Of a stretch of DNA of 64,000 nt, positions 40,771 through 56,254 are shown in pieces. Position numbers and translations under genes: made by a program. The DNA is from the human T2T-CHM13v2.0 reference genome, Homo sapiens. Each line of letters opens with the position of its first letter. Positions within the stretch are counted from its first letter, which is position 1. Where the stretch lies: the NCBI RefSeq assembly GCF_009914755.1, contig NC_060935.1. The stretch is one strand, 5' to 3'. The notes under the pieces are model-generated. The model was not told the origin of the DNA. It was given only the letters and a program-made list of their open reading frames with translations, and ran no database searches.

Positions 40771-42245
40771 TTACATTTGAAGCATATTTTTTTGCTGCAT
40801 ACATATTTCTAAGTTAAATTTTCCCAGCACTTTAAAGATTTGCTCCACTTTCATTTGCTTGTGTGGTTTTTGATAAGAAGTGCCCTGTAATTCTTTTTCT
40901 TGTTCCTCAATTAGGAAGGTGTCCTTTCCCTTGAAAATGCACACTTGTTTCAAGATTTTCTATTTGTCTTTGGTTTTCTGCAATTTGTATATGCTTAGAT
41001 ATAAATGTGGGGTATTTATCCTGCTTGATGTTCTCTGATATTCCTGGATCTGTGTTTTAGTGTTATTATTAATTCTGGAAAATTCTTGGCCATTGTTACT
41101 TCAAATATTTCTTCTGTCTTACTATTCTAATCAAACATGCATTCCAGTTTTTGAAATATTTCCATATTCTTGGTTCTATTCTGTCTTTTTGTCTGTTTGC
41201 TTGTTTGTTCATTCATTTTTCTCTTTGCATTTTAGCTTCTGATTTTTTTTGAGCCATCTTAAAACTCATTGATTCTTTACTAGACAATTTCTGGTGTACT
41301 GATCAGCCCCTCAGAGCAATTTTTTAATTCTATCACAGTGTTTGTGATATTTAACATATCCTTTTGATTCTTTCACATAATTTCCACCTCTTTGCTAAAT
41401 CTTCTTTTGCATTTTGTCTATTTTTTCAACCAGAATCTTAACATTTTTATCATAGTAATTTTAAATGTCATGTCTGATCGAAATCTGTTACATTAAAATC
41501 TTATTCTAAAACTTCTGTGTTACATTTGAATCTGATTCTAAACTTGATTTTCTCTTCAAAATGTGTTTTTTTTTTCTGCTTTTTAGCAAGTCTCATAATT
41601 TTTTGTTCAAAGCCAGGCATGATGTATCAAGTGATAGCAACTGAAAAGAATAAAGGACATTAGTGTGATGATTTATCTTAAGCAGTAAGCAACAGCTGTA
41701 GACACCGGAGGATTTAAATTCCTTTAGTGTCTTTGTTTTGGTCTCCCCCATGTCTTTGTGCTTCTCTATGAAATTTTCCTGTGTCATGCCTGAGTTTACT
41801 TCTGATTCTTCCTTTGTCTCTCCAGACTTTTTTTTTGCCTTTTTAAAATGCCTTGTAATGTTTTATTGAAAGCCATACGTAGTTTATTGGTTATTAGAAA
41901 TGAGCTAGTCTTGTATTGTGAGGATGTATATTAATGTAGACAAAAGCCAGGGTGCATTTAATGTTTGCTGTATCTCTAGGTGCCAGAAGCTTAGAATTCC
42001 TTGTGCTTTTGTTTTTGTATCTTTTCTTGACTATGGACTTTGCTAAGTATTCCTCTGAAAGAGTCTGTCTTGCAGCTCTTTCAGTTGTAATCCACTGTTA
42101 GTGTACTGGAGCCCAGTTAATCTGATTTTAAAGCAAGGAAAAAAAGGAGCATCTACAATACCATGATTATATCTCAGTCTCTTAGTGGCCTGAATTGCTA
42201 GATTGAGACCTTCATAAGTGTTTATTAGCTTTCCTCAAATGTTAA

Positions 42246-42980
42246 TGTAACCCCCCAACAGGTTCACCTTGCCCAATGCCTAGACAGAACAGTTATATCA
42301 AGACAGGGGAACTGCAATAGAGAAATAGTAATTTATGCAGAGCTGGCTGTAAGGGAGACTAGAGTTTTATTATTACTCAAATCAGTCTCCCTCTAAATTT
42401 TGGGATCAGAGCTTTTTAAGGATAATTTGGTAGGTAAGGGTCTAGTGAGTTTGGAGTTCTGACTGATCAGACTGGAGATAAAATCACAGGGAGTCAAAGC
42501 TGTCTTTTTTTGCTGAGTCAGTTCCTGGGTGGGGTCCAATAAGACCAAATGAGCCAGTTTATCAGTCTTTGCTGGTGCCATCTGAGCCATTGAGTGCAGG
42601 GTCTACAAAATATCTCAAGCAAAGATCTTAGGTTTTACGTTAGTGATGTTATCCCCCGGAACAATTTTGGGAGGTTTAGAATCTTGCAACCTCCAGCTGC
42701 TTGACTCCTAAACCATAATTTCTAATCTTGTGACTAATTTGTTAATCCTGCAAAGACAGTCTAGTGCTCAGGCAGGAAAGGTGTTTGTTATGGGAAAGGG
42801 CTGTTATTGTCTTTGTTTCAAAGCTAACCTATAAACTAAGTTCCTCCCAAAGTTAGTTTGGCCTTCACCTAGTAATGAACAAGGACAGCTTGGAGATTAG
42901 AAGCAAGATGCAGTCCATTAGGTTAGATCACTTTCACTGTAATAATTTTCTCAGTTATGATTTTTGCAAAGGCAATTTCA
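42246..42980 (-). mobile_element. ERV1 solo LTR, LTR8/LTR8A-like
   Basis: Sense start tgaaattgcctttgcaaaaatcataactgagaaaattattacagtgaaag, TG...CA ends, perfect 4-bp TSD ttaa at 42242-42245 and 42981-42984. Confidence 0.9.
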
Positions 42981-43737
42981 TTAAGTTTGCCATGAAGCTT
43001 AGAAGGGAACTAGAGTTTTTCCTGCAACTGAAATAAAGCTCTGATGAACCACCTCCTCCCATCCCTGGGAGAGTAGGGATTTGTTAGGATGAATGTGCTT
43101 GGTATATTCATCATGTTCACTTTCTCCCTTTACCCGACAGAACCATAAGAGAATCTTTCTTAGTTCTTCAACATAACAACCTGGGGAGTTTCATGAAGCA
43201 AAACCTACAAAGGTGTGGAGTTCCTCTAGGTCGGCGTCATCAAAAGTTTTCTTAGATTTTCACACTAGTCTACACTCAGTCTTGGCCATTTGCCAAAATT
43301 ACTTATTCTATCAGTTTATGGCTCCAACAAGTTCTGTTCCAGATTAGCAGATCCCAGCTGTGATTATTTCTGTTCAGATTTTGGGGTAGCAGTTTGCCCT
43401 GCAGTGTCAGTTTTCCAAAGCACCTAATAAAAGTTATCGATTTCCAGTTTGTCAGCTTTTTTTATTGTTGTAATAATCCAAGTGAGGAGTTCCAAGATAT
43501 TCGTATGTTGGAGTTCACCTTCAAATTATTAAAGTAATAAATGAGGGAATCAAAATAGTTTTTATTGAACAGATAACAAAATTAGGTTCATGAGCAATAT
43601 ATACAAAAATTAACCAAATATTGGGCCATAAAGTCTCTTCATATATCAAGAAATTGATATTAATCAGATTATAGACACTGGCCAAATTGCAATTACAATC
43701 GAAATCAATTATAAACATATGCCTGTAAAGTCTGTGG

Positions 43738-44041
43738 TTTTTTTTTTTTTTTTTTTTTTGATGGAGTCTCGCTATTGTTAGCCTGGGCTGGAGTGCAATG
43801 GCTTGATCTCGGCTCACTGCAAGCTCCGCTTCCCGGGTTCCAGCAATTCTCCTGCCTCAGCCTCCTGAGTAACTGAGATTACAGGCACCTGCCACCACGT
43901 CTGGCTAATTTTTGTATTTTTGGTAGAGATGGGGTTTCACCATGTTGGCCAGGCTGGTCTCGAACTCCTGACCTCAGGTGATCCACCCAACTCGGCCTCC
44001 CAAAGTGCTTGGATTACAGGAGTGAGACACCGCTCCTGGCC
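43738..44041 (-). mobile_element. AluS (Sq/Sx-like)
   Basis: Full antisense Alu with poly(T); TSD core tgtaaagtctg at 43724-43734 and 44042-44052. Confidence 0.95.
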
Positions 44042-45794
44042 TGTAAAGTCTGATTTAAAATTTTAAATGTGCTTCTAAAATAAATTGTAACCCAAAGAAA
44101 ATCTAATATTGCAAAAATAGAAAGTAGTTAGAGCTGACATAAAATACTGAAGTATTTCAGATGAAGTAAAGTAATAGAATGGCAATTTGTAATGCAATAA
44201 ATACTGAACATTAATGGGAGAAATATTTAACTAAAATATTTTTAATGCCTATATACCTCATGCATTTACAATTGAAAAGATAAATGATAAAGTATAAAAT
44301 GTTTGTAACATATATATGACAAACATGGTGAACCCTTAAAAATTTATGAAGAAAAATGCAAAAAAGTCAGTAAAAACATAGGCAAATACTATGAACAGAT
44401 AAAATTTAAAAAATCATATATAAATGTTTTAAATATAGGAAAAGTCTTTGTAGGGGAGTATACTCTCAACTTGAGCCCTCAAACTTGTTGTACATTATTG
44501 TAGAGTTTGTTGATTTATTTCATAAATATTGCATAAAACACTGGGCAACTTTCTTAGAAGTGGAAGTTCAAGCCATTGGCAACATCCTTAAATATGGTTC
44601 TATCTTCATTATGTCTAAGAAAATTATTTCAAGTGTTTGCTATAGGATTACCATCATGCTTAGTTTTAATACTCATTAAGTTTTTCCCTAATTTTTTCTG
44701 TTTACACTACTGAATTCAATGGTTAATATATCTTATTTACTTATTCTGTTCTTAATACAAACTGGATTTGATTGAATTAATGACTGTATTTTCATTGGAA
44801 TAAATGTTAAAATTTGGGACATGTGCCTTTTGTAATAAATATGATATACAATGATAAATATTTTGATGACATTAGTCAAACACTAATTGATTCTTTCCAA
44901 CAGGGGACCCATTGAACATTTATGGATTGACTAATTGTTCATAGCCATGAAACTATAGAAAATATTCAGACATTTATGCCATAAATTTTAATTATGATAA
45001 TTATCCAAATAATTCAAACTGAACCAAACAGTAGTGTTTTCTTTAAAGTAATACTGTCTTTAATTAAAAGCCAGTTTTGCTATTTATGTTATAATACATA
45101 CAAACCTATTTAAAGTGTTAAAAAACGCAAAAAGTTCAATAGACTTAAAACTTTTTCATTAAAACATAATGCTAAAAAGTTTACAATGTTTCCTAGGTTG
45201 ACTATTTCAGCAGGCCATTTTGTGACATTCATTGAAAATTTAGACATAATATTATATACATACATGTGATAATAATAGTGATTGCTACCCAAAGATGCTT
45301 ACAATTCAATTCTATTTCTTTTCAGGTGTAGTTTCTATGGAATCAAAAAAGAAGCATTTATTAATATTCATCATTTTTCTAAGGGTAAGCATCAGCAGTA
45401 TAATGGCAACAGAATTAGAAATTTACAGTCCATTATAATGTGATGTTATAGATGTTATGATCTATAAAATGATGTTATGCATTTTTTAAACTAAAAAATA
45501 ATTTAGAACAATTCTTCATATCAAGAAAGAAAAGAGCAGTTATTTCTACTTTATATAATTTTTATGTAAGATTTAAATAAAAGTTAAATAAAAATAAGAA
45601 TTATAGTACTTTTATTTTTGCATTTACTGATAACTTACAAAGAAGTCAACCCAAACAACAACAACAACAAAAAATCAGTAAGTTAAACGAAAAACCTAGT
45701 CAATAGCATTAAAATTCACAGATAATAAAAGTGAACCATTACATGAGTTAACTTCTTAAACCCTTTGTTCAGGATAATCAATATAGAAAACCAC

Positions 45795-45980
45795 TACCAC
45801 TCAATGAGCACCTGCTGTGTGTCTGGCTCTCTCACCAAATCTTAAAAACCTTCAGAAGTAAGTATTACTATTAGCAGAAATTCACAGATAAGGTAATTGA
45901 GTTGCAGAGAGGTTAGGGAATTTTCCTGAAATCTGAAGCTATCTTGTAAAGCTGGATTTTGAATTCTAGTATTTCTAACA
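45795..45980 (-). mobile_element. MIR fragment
   Basis: 'tgagcacctgctgtgtgtctggc...cacagataaggtaattgagttgcagagaggttagggaattttcctga...gctggattttgaattctag'. Confidence 0.7.
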
Positions 45981-46518
45981 AAAAAAAAAAAATGTGTTTT
46001 TTTAAAAATACACCTTTGGTAGACAAAATGTCATTTAAAAATAATTCCCTAAATAAATATCAATTTATTGAATCAACAAAACTTAAATCAAACCTGAATC
46101 CTCTGGTAAATATGCACAAAATTATATTTTTTGTGAGATCATGGATGGTGACATCATTTTAGAACCCATATATCCACACAGAAAAAAACAATGCCATTAA
46201 AGGTATGGGGATTAAAACAATAATCTCAGAGAAAAATAGTCATTTCAAAAAGCATGCAACAATACTTTCAATTTCCAATAGTTGCCTGTGAAAAATTCTT
46301 GCTTAAGATTCCTAAATGAGAAGATGAATGTACCACATATAAACAAAGGAATGAATAACTCGACCTTGTTTTAGTAAACTTTTTTATGAAATTTATTGAT
46401 TCTCTTGATGTTCTTAACAATTTTTAAGCTACTTTTATACAATGTTTTGTCCCAGGGATATATGAAACAATTTTTTTTTCATTATACATTCTCAGTATCT
46501 GTTTTTTTGACAAATTTT

Positions 46519-48175
<1,657 letters not shown>

Positions 48176-48339
48176 TCATAGAAAGGAGAAAACTTAGGTG
48201 GAACCTGAAAAGATCCTTGTGTTAAGAAAAGAACTGAGAACAGTGTCAGTGATGCAATTGCACCCAGGGAAAGAGAGCTCCAGACATTTTCAGAGAGCTT
48301 CTATTTGACTATTTAGTTGTGTGCTAATTGACAAATGCA

Positions 48340-48853
48340 TGTACAAAGACTTGTACACACATATAGATAACAACTTGTAATAGCAAACAATAAAATAAAA
48401 TAAATCGAGGTGCCCATGAACAGGGAATGAATAAATGCATTGTTGTATACTTTCAATGAAATACTACTCAGCAGTAGAAATGGAAATTCCTATTGTAATT
48501 TGCAAGAAAATAGTTACATCTCACAGTATTTATATGGACTGAATGAAGCCTAGGGGAAGGAAAAGTATATTGAGTATGACTCCACATATGCAAAGTTCAA
48601 GAAAACGCTAACTATTTAATTGTGACAAAGAATGTGGCGGTTTCCTTGTACAAGAAGAGTGGGTGATACAAGAAGGGGCCATAAGGAAGGTTTATAAGCA
48701 GCACATGAAAAACTTTGGGGAGTCATTGATAGTTGCATTACCCTGATTGTAGAAGTTCTCTCAAAGGTGGCATACAAGTGATAAAACTTATCAAATGTTA
48801 CATGTTGGTACATACCACTTATTATATTTTAATTATTAGTAAAAGTGTTAAAA
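48340..48853 (+). mobile_element. Ancient L1ME-type 3' end
   Basis: 'aaagacttgtacac...aacagggaatgaataaat...aatgaaatactactcagcagtagaaa...gtatgactccacatatgcaaagttcaagaa...aaaacttatcaaatg'. Confidence 0.7.
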
Positions 48854-48950
48854 TACAATATTAGAAAGTTATCTCTATTATGAAGAAAAATAGCACAGTA
48901 TAAGGAAATAAAAGTGGATTATGGATGAAAGTAGTTTTTTGGTAAATATC

Positions 48951-49276
48951 TGCTATGGTTTGAATGTGCCCTCTCCTAAATTCAGCTATTACCAATGTGA
49001 TTGTATTAAGAGATGGGGCCTTGGAGGTGACTAGGCCATGAGGGAGTCATCCTCATGACTGGGATTCAGGACCTTATAAAAGAGGCTCCATGCAGCATTG
49101 GGTTTGCTTGTTCTTCTGCCTCCCTCCATGTGAAGACACAGTAAGAAGTTCCTCACCAGATGTGGGCACCTTGATATTAGACTTCACAGCCTTCAAAACT
49201 GTGAGAAATAAATGTCTGTCCTGTATAAACTACCAGTCACAAGTTTTTGTTACTGTAGCACTAACAGGATAAGATG
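48951..49276 (+). mobile_element. MaLR solo LTR (MSTC-like)
   Basis: 'tgctatggtttgaatgtg...ccaatgtgattgtattaagag...ccttataaaagaggc...ctgtgagaaataaat'; TSD atatc/acatc. Confidence 0.85.
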
Positions 49277-50278
49277 ACATCTTCAGGTTTTGGAAAGGCA
49301 ACAGTTATTTATTTGTAGCTAGCTATGTGGTAACTGTAAAACTACTTGAAATTTCATAATATCAAAATGGCTACTTAAATTTAGGTTAACATATTTTATT
49401 CCAGTTCTTCAAATATTGTTTGTTTAATACTTCCATGAAGCATATAAAAATGACAATGATGGTGAAATTATTCCAATTCAATGACTTATGACTAAAAAGG
49501 CATTTTGCAGAAACATTGAAATACTAAACACTGAAGTTGAAAGCAATTATGTGCATGAAAGAGATTTTCTAAAGTTACTTTTCAATAAACTAATTCCATA
49601 TGATAATATTTTTCAGTGTTTTATTGGCATGGGGAATTTGGCAAAATATTGGTGTCAGAATAAATTATTATGTCAAGAAACTTCAATAAATCCCTTTTCT
49701 AAAGCTCAGTTCTATATCTCTAAGAAGGTTAATAATAAATTATAATCAGTAAATGCTATGTCTTTTAATCATGAATATAGAATTTAAATTACATGATGAG
49801 ACAACAGAAGACAAAAACATTTTACCATCCAGTTACATATGTAAAAAGTTTAAAGATGTTACAAAAAAGTGTGTATTCAAATGGAAATTTTAGGTTGATG
49901 TATATGTTATTCTTAATGATGCTGAACTTTTATAATTGTTTTAGTTTATAAAAAGTCTATGTACACTATTTTTGTTTGACCAAATTTGTAAAATACACTC
50001 AATGTATCTCTGTAACACAAAGTTCTTAGCCTTTGGGATTTGAAGTCTCACTGTTCCGTATTTTCTGTGTTTGTGTCTGATAATTCCTTTCTCACTTCTG
50101 ATTTAAGTTTAATTTTTATTTTTTAATATGTAGGATTTGTTAACTTGTTTCTTCATCCAGCAGCGATCATAAGGTCAGATTGACCAAACTATCTCAAATT
50201 TTAAACTTTATAACATAAATTTTTTGACAGTGGATATTTTAAAGACACATTATGATTTCTAAAGGACAAACACATAAC

Positions 50279-50485
50279 TCTGAGTTCTAATCTCAGTTCT
50301 GTCTCTGAGTAGTTGCATGACCGTGTAACCACAAGCAACTTGCTTCCTGAGCTTCAGTCTCCTCCAATGTAATACGGGCACAAAAATATCTACCTGGCCA
50401 GCCTGCCGTAAAGACCAAAGACAATTCTGTAGGTAAAGCTTCTACCTCAGAATTGAGTAAATAGACAATCTTATTATTAGTTCCA
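50279..50485 (+). mobile_element. MIR fragment
   Basis: 'ctgagttctaatctcagttctgtc...ctgagcttcagtctcctccaatgtaatacggg...aatatctacct'. Confidence 0.65.
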
Positions 50486-50552
50486 TATGTTCTCCTTACT
50501 TTCCATCTGATATACTCTTACTTTTAAATGTAGCTCATATATTACTTATAAA

Positions 50553-50735
50553 GTCCTCCTGATCTTGTCTCCTGCGACCTCCTCTCACTCCATAGCTCAT
50601 TCCACTCCAACAACGCTGGCTTCTTTGCTGCTCTTGCATAAGCCAGATCTGCTTCTGTTTCCCAGAATGCACTGCCCAAGGGTCACATGGCTAATTCTCT
50701 TCCTCTAAAATTCTGTCCAAATGTCATCTCCAAAG
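50553..50735 (+). mobile_element. L2 fragment
   Basis: 'ccactccaacaacgctggcttctttgctgctcttgcata...cacatggctaattctct...caaatgtcatctcc'. Confidence 0.6.
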
Positions 50736-51559
50736 TTTAATTTAGAATCACAAACTGCTCCCTTTATCTTTGTGGCATAGATAACATAATCACTTGTCTA
50801 AATAAGAAGTTGAATCAATGGCCACACCAGATTTCTACTGACTGTTACTTCTAATCAGTGAAATTGACCTTCTTCTGAAAAAAAAAAGTAACAAATATAT
50901 AAGAGGTGAAGCTTCATCTATTAGTTCAATATGAAAATGAATTACCCTAATGAACCAAAATATTCATTACCTAAACTAGTAATTTTGTTTAGGGTGACCT
51001 CAAAGCATAGGAAAACCTCTGAATGATCAAAAATACACTTACCCCATCAAAGTACTCAGTCATTAATTGACCCTTAATTTTGATCCATGGAACAATTTAT
51101 TCTAGAAGTAGCAGCACATCCTATCCTGTGGTTTATATTGACAAAGGGGTTTACGACCTCAGTGTTGAATCCTAATTGTGTAATGTCTAGTAAAGGTTTG
51201 TTGTTACAAAGAAAGTCACTTGAGCTCTGAGTTTAGACTGGAGCATGGTGGCTTCAATCTATACGATATGTCTTAGAGTACAAAAGGACAGGAGAGATAA
51301 GGCCAACTTTATGAAAGCATCATCAATTGAATACATAGAATTAACAAATTTAGTAAATAAATATGAAGCCTTGCCCAAGAAGAGGGTTCATTAACGTGAC
51401 AGACGCAAGTAATTACATTTAAGTTAAACCACAATCTTCAGAGCTTTAATGTCAATCCAGCATCTTAACAAGTATGTTTTTACTGAACTTTCTGTTATGT
51501 ATTGCCCCAATCATGTTTGCTCCAGCTTTTCTAACACTGATTGAGTAAAAATTATAGGT

Positions 51560-51890
51560 CTGGGATCAGCAAACTCTGAACCACAGGGAAAATCTAGCCA
51601 GCCATCTGTTTTTGTACAGCCTATTAAGATATTTTTTCTTTTACATTTTAAAATGGTTGGAAAAAAAAACAAAAGAAATGTTTTGTGATTTATAAAAATT
51701 ATACAAAATTCAAATTTTTGTATCAATACAAAGTTTTATTGGAATACACCCTGCTCAATTGTTTATATATTGTCTGTGGCTACAATTACAGTACAATGGC
51801 AAAGTTGAGTAGTTGCTATAAAGAATATATGGCCAGCAAAGCCTCCAATATTTACTATCTGACCTTTTAGAGAACTTGTACTAACCCTTA
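51560..51890 (+). mobile_element. MER58B-like hAT-Charlie MITE
   Basis: 'gggatcagcaaact...tctgtttttgtacagcc...aaagttttattggaatacac...gttgagtagttgc...atatttactatctgacctttt'. Confidence 0.85.
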
Positions 51891-52248
51891 CTTTACACTA
51901 TACACAACTGTGAAAATACTAGATATTGTAGGTCCATAGAGACTGCTATAACCAATTGCAGATGTCATAAATCATGTATTCATGAACCACTTTGTCCTCT
52001 AATATAATCAGAACTCTTACCATTATTGTACCTTTGCTATCTTATTTTTCAATTAGCAATTTAAATACTCATCCCAGCACTATACCAATGGATAGATTTA
52101 AAATTCAGACTATTATTCCTTTTTAATTATATCAACTCTAGTTGCTTATAGCATCCTGTTTGAGGCTTATTCAGGTATAATTCAAAGTATGTTTTTATGA
52201 AAATCCTATGAGCTGTAGCATGAACAATTTCATACAAGGTTACACCAG

Positions 52249-52522
52249 GGCAATGGCTAGAATGTTTGTGTCCCTCCAAAACTCATATTGAAACTTAATC
52301 CTAATTGCAGTGTTACGAGGTGGGGGCCCTTTCAGGAGTGATTAAGTCATGAGGGGTCCATTATTATGAATGGGATTAATGATCTTATAAAAGAGATGTC
52401 AGAGAGCTGCCTGGGACTTATCTTTCTTTTGCCATGTGAGGACAGTGCATTTGTCTATTCTATTTTTTATAAATTATCTAATCTAACATATACTATAATA
52501 GCCACAGGAACAGACTGAGACA
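52249..52522 (+). mobile_element. MaLR solo LTR (MSTD/MLT1A-like), internally deleted
   Basis: 'gaatgtttgtgtccctccaaaactcatattgaaacttaatcc...gccatgtgaggaca...gaacagactgagaca'; perfect TSD accag at 52244-52248 and 52523-52527. Confidence 0.82.
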
Positions 52523-53874
52523 ACCAGCATAATTTTATTATTCACTATACTAATTAATGGTTGACCATTCATACTTTCTACCCTCATTAACATGACTCCA
52601 TGACACCCTAACTTAATATAATTCATTTTGACCCTGGAATGTATTTTTGATACAATTGTCTTACATATGTTATTCAATACATCTCTATTTGGAAACTTTA
52701 ATCTCTGATAAGATATATCGAGACCTTCCTTTATTGGTAGAACATACTTACTATACTATACTATGTATAATAATATTTGTTTTTATGTTGACTTTCCAAG
52801 TGTATTACGTAGTTTTTAAAAATAGGACTTCTTTTCATTAATCTTTGTTTTCAAAGAAGTGGTTGCTAAGAGAAAGAATAAATGAATAAATAAAGTCTTG
52901 AAGCCTGAGTTAATTGACTTCTAAATTTAAGGCCAGAATTAATTTTTTATATCTTGGGTCTCTTTGAATAATAAGATACTTAATCAATAGCAAAAATTGT
53001 TAATAGAAAATCTTTCAAATGATTCTCTGTATTAACCCTTATAAAATTCTAAATTGGCTTATGGCATTTTGAGTTAGAAATTTAATTTCGCTTAATAAAC
53101 ATTTTAGAGTATCTGCTTTCTGCAAGGCCACAACTAGGACTGTGGCCTGGGATGGTTCCTACACTCTGCCTTCCAGGCTAAAGTCCATACAGATGGTGAA
53201 TGGAGGAGGGCCGTTTTCCAGGGAGTAACTCATTTCTAGGAAGTAAGTAATATCCTGGGAAACTGGAATATATTTTTAAATGTGCCAGAAAATTTTCACT
53301 TGATAAATTAATACTGGCATTGTTCTCCTCTAAAATGTCAGCAGTATCACTTGGAGCTGAGTTACTGTTTCAGTGCAAAAGGCCTCTACCCTCTCCTTGG
53401 CAGCTACCTTTTCAAAGTGAAAAGCTGGTAGGAGAATCTTGATTTTTGTTATAATTGGAACAATTTATGCTTCCTTCTACTCTTTGAAAAAAGGAGAGAA
53501 ATAATTTAGGGAGATAGTCTTTTCTGGAAAGCAGAAAACAAATTGATTACATTTGGTAAATAAAAATCACTGAGAAAACCAAAGTTTCTAATGGCACTAT
53601 TGCTGCAAAATCCACATTACAGTCACTCAATTATCCTAGATTTTGAAAATTCTCAGTTAATTCTGCACAGCTATAATAATAAGGTAGAATGAGTAGCCAT
53701 TTAATGATTTGCTAATAAATCATGCTACAGAGCAAAGGATCATGACACAGGCTAAACAAACAATGTATAGGGAAAATTAAAATAAAAAAAGAAGCTTTCC
53801 TGAATGTATCTGTTAGAAGCTGCATGCTGCAGAGGTTCTACTTTGACCACAGAAACAGGACCAGTGCATACAGT

Positions 53875-56216
53875 TGACTTAATCAGCTTGGGCTGTAATT
53901 ACAAAATTACCCTAGCCTGAGTCACTTAAGCAACAGATATTTATTTCTCATAAACCTGGAGGCTAAGAAATCCAAGCTCAAGTTGCCAGCAGATTTGGTT
54001 CTTAGTAAGGGCCTTTTTCCTAGCTTGCAGACATCCACCTTCTCACTGTGTGATCTTATGGCCTTTCTTTGGTGTATGCTCTGGAAAAAGAAAGAGAGAT
54101 CTCTCTCCCTGCTGAGAGTCTGACTTTCATGGCCTTATTTCAAATAAACATAATTACCTCTTGTATTAGTTCATCAATAAAGACATACCTGAGACAGGCC
54201 AATTTACAGAAGAAGAGGAAGTTTAAAGTATTTAAAGTTCCAAGAGGCTGGGGAGGCCTCACAATCATGGCAGAAGGCAAGAAGGAGCAAGTCACGTCTT
54301 ACATGGATGGCAGCAGGCAAAAAGTGAGCTTATGCAGGGAAACTCCCATTTTTAAAACCATCTGATCTCATGAAACTTATTGACTATCACAACAGCAGCA
54401 GGGGAAAGACCTGTCCCCATGATTCGATTACCTCACACTGAGTCCCTTCCACAACAAGTGGGAATTCAAGATGAGGTTTGGGTGGGGACACAGCCAAACC
54501 ATATATTGCACCCCTGGCCCCTCCCAAATTTCATGTCCTCACATCCAGGTCACACAAACAAAAGAGGCAGGTTCCCATGGTCTTGGGCAGCTCCGCTTCT
54601 GTGGTTTTACAGGGTATGGCCTCTCTCCTGGCTGCTTTCACAGGCTGGCATTGAGTGTCTGCAACTTTTCCAGGCAAACGGTGCAAACTGTTGGTGGATC
54701 TACCATTCTGGGATCTGGTGGCTTTCTTCTCACAGCTCCACTAGGCAGCGCACCAGTAGGGACTCTATGTGGCGGCTCTGACCTCATGTTTCCCTTCTGC
54801 ACTGCCCTAGCAGAGGTTCTCCATAAGGGCCCTGCCCCTGCAGCAAACTTCTGCCTGGACATCCAGACATTTCCTTACATCTTCTGAAATTGAGGTGGAG
54901 GTTCCCAAGCCCCAATTTTTGACTTCTGTGCACTTACAAGCTCAATATCACATGGAAGCCACCAAGGCTTGGGGCATGCACCCTCTAAAACCACGGCCTG
55001 AGCTGTATTTTGGCCCCTTTCAGCCATGCCTGGAGCAGCTAGGTCTCAGGGCACCAAGTCCCTAGACTGCACATAGCGTGGGGACCCTGGGCCTGACCCA
55101 CAAAACCACTTTTTCCTCCTAGGCCTCTGGACCTGCGATAGGAGGGGCTGCTGTGAAGACCTCTGACATGCCCTGAAGACATTTTCCCCATTGCCTTTGG
55201 AATTTACATTTGGCTCCTCGTTACTTATGCAAATTTCTGCAGCCAGCTTGAATTTCTTCTCAAAAAATAGGATTTTCTTTTCTATCGCATTGTCAGACTG
55301 CAAATTTTTTGAACGTTTATGCTCTCCTTCCCTTATAAAACTAAATGCTTTTAACAGCAACCAAGTCACATGTTAAATGCTTTGCTGCTTAGAAAATTCT
55401 TAAGGCAGATACCCTAAATCATCTCCCTCAAGTTCAAAGTTACAAATCTCTTGGGCAGGGACAAAATGCCACTAGTCTCCTTGCTAAAACATAACAAGAG
55501 TCACCTTTGCTCTAGTTCCCAACAAGTTCCTCATTTCTGTCTGAGACCACCTCAACCTGGACATTATTGTCCATATCACTATCAGCATTTTAGGCAAAGC
55601 CATTCAACAAGTCTCTTGGAAGTTCCAAACTTTCCCACATTTTCCTGTCTTCTTCTGAGCCCTCTAAACTGTTCCACACCCTGACTGTTTCCCAGTTCCA
55701 AAGTCACTTTCACAGTTTCAGGTATGTTTTCAGCAATGCCCCAGTCTACTGGTACCAATTTACTGTATTAGCCCATTTTCATGCTACTGATAAAGACATA
55801 CCCAAGACTGGGCAATTTACAGAAGAAAGAGAAGTTTAAAGGACTTACAGTTCCATGTGGCTGGGGATGCCTCACAATCGTGGCAGAAGGCAAGGAAGAG
55901 CAAGTCACATCTTACATGGATGGCAGTAGGCAAAAGAGAGCTTGTACAGGGAAACTCCCATTTGTAAAACCATCAGATCTCATGAGACTTATTCACTACC
56001 AGGAGAACAGCATGAGAAAGAACTGCTCCTGTGATTCAATTACCTCCCACTGGGTCCCTCCCATAATACGTGGGAATTCAAGATGAGATTTGGGTGGGGA
56101 CACAGCCAAACCATATTACCTCCCAAAGGTTCCATCTCTAAATACTATCATATTGGAGGTTAAGCCTTCAACATATGAATTTTGGGGGGATAGGCACCAA
56201 CATTCAGTCCATAAGA
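53875..56216 (-). mobile_element. MLT1A0-like LTR split by THE1B (pieces 53875-54161 and 56119-56216)
   Basis: 'ctggaggctaagaaatccaag...agcttgcagacatccaccttctcactgtgt...taattacctc' resumes as 'cctcccaaaggttccatctctaaatac...aacattcagtccataa'. Confidence 0.82.
54162..56118 (-). mobile_element. Full-length THE1B MaLR element (LTR 54162-54505, internal 54506-55763, LTR 55764-56118)
   Basis: THE1B-type LTRs ('gagcaagtcacgtcttacatggatggcagcaggcaaa') around a MaLR internal region; TSD cctct/cctcc. Confidence 0.92.
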
Positions 56217-56254
56217 GTTTTGTAGGCTGTGCAATGTACAAGCACAACAGGGTT

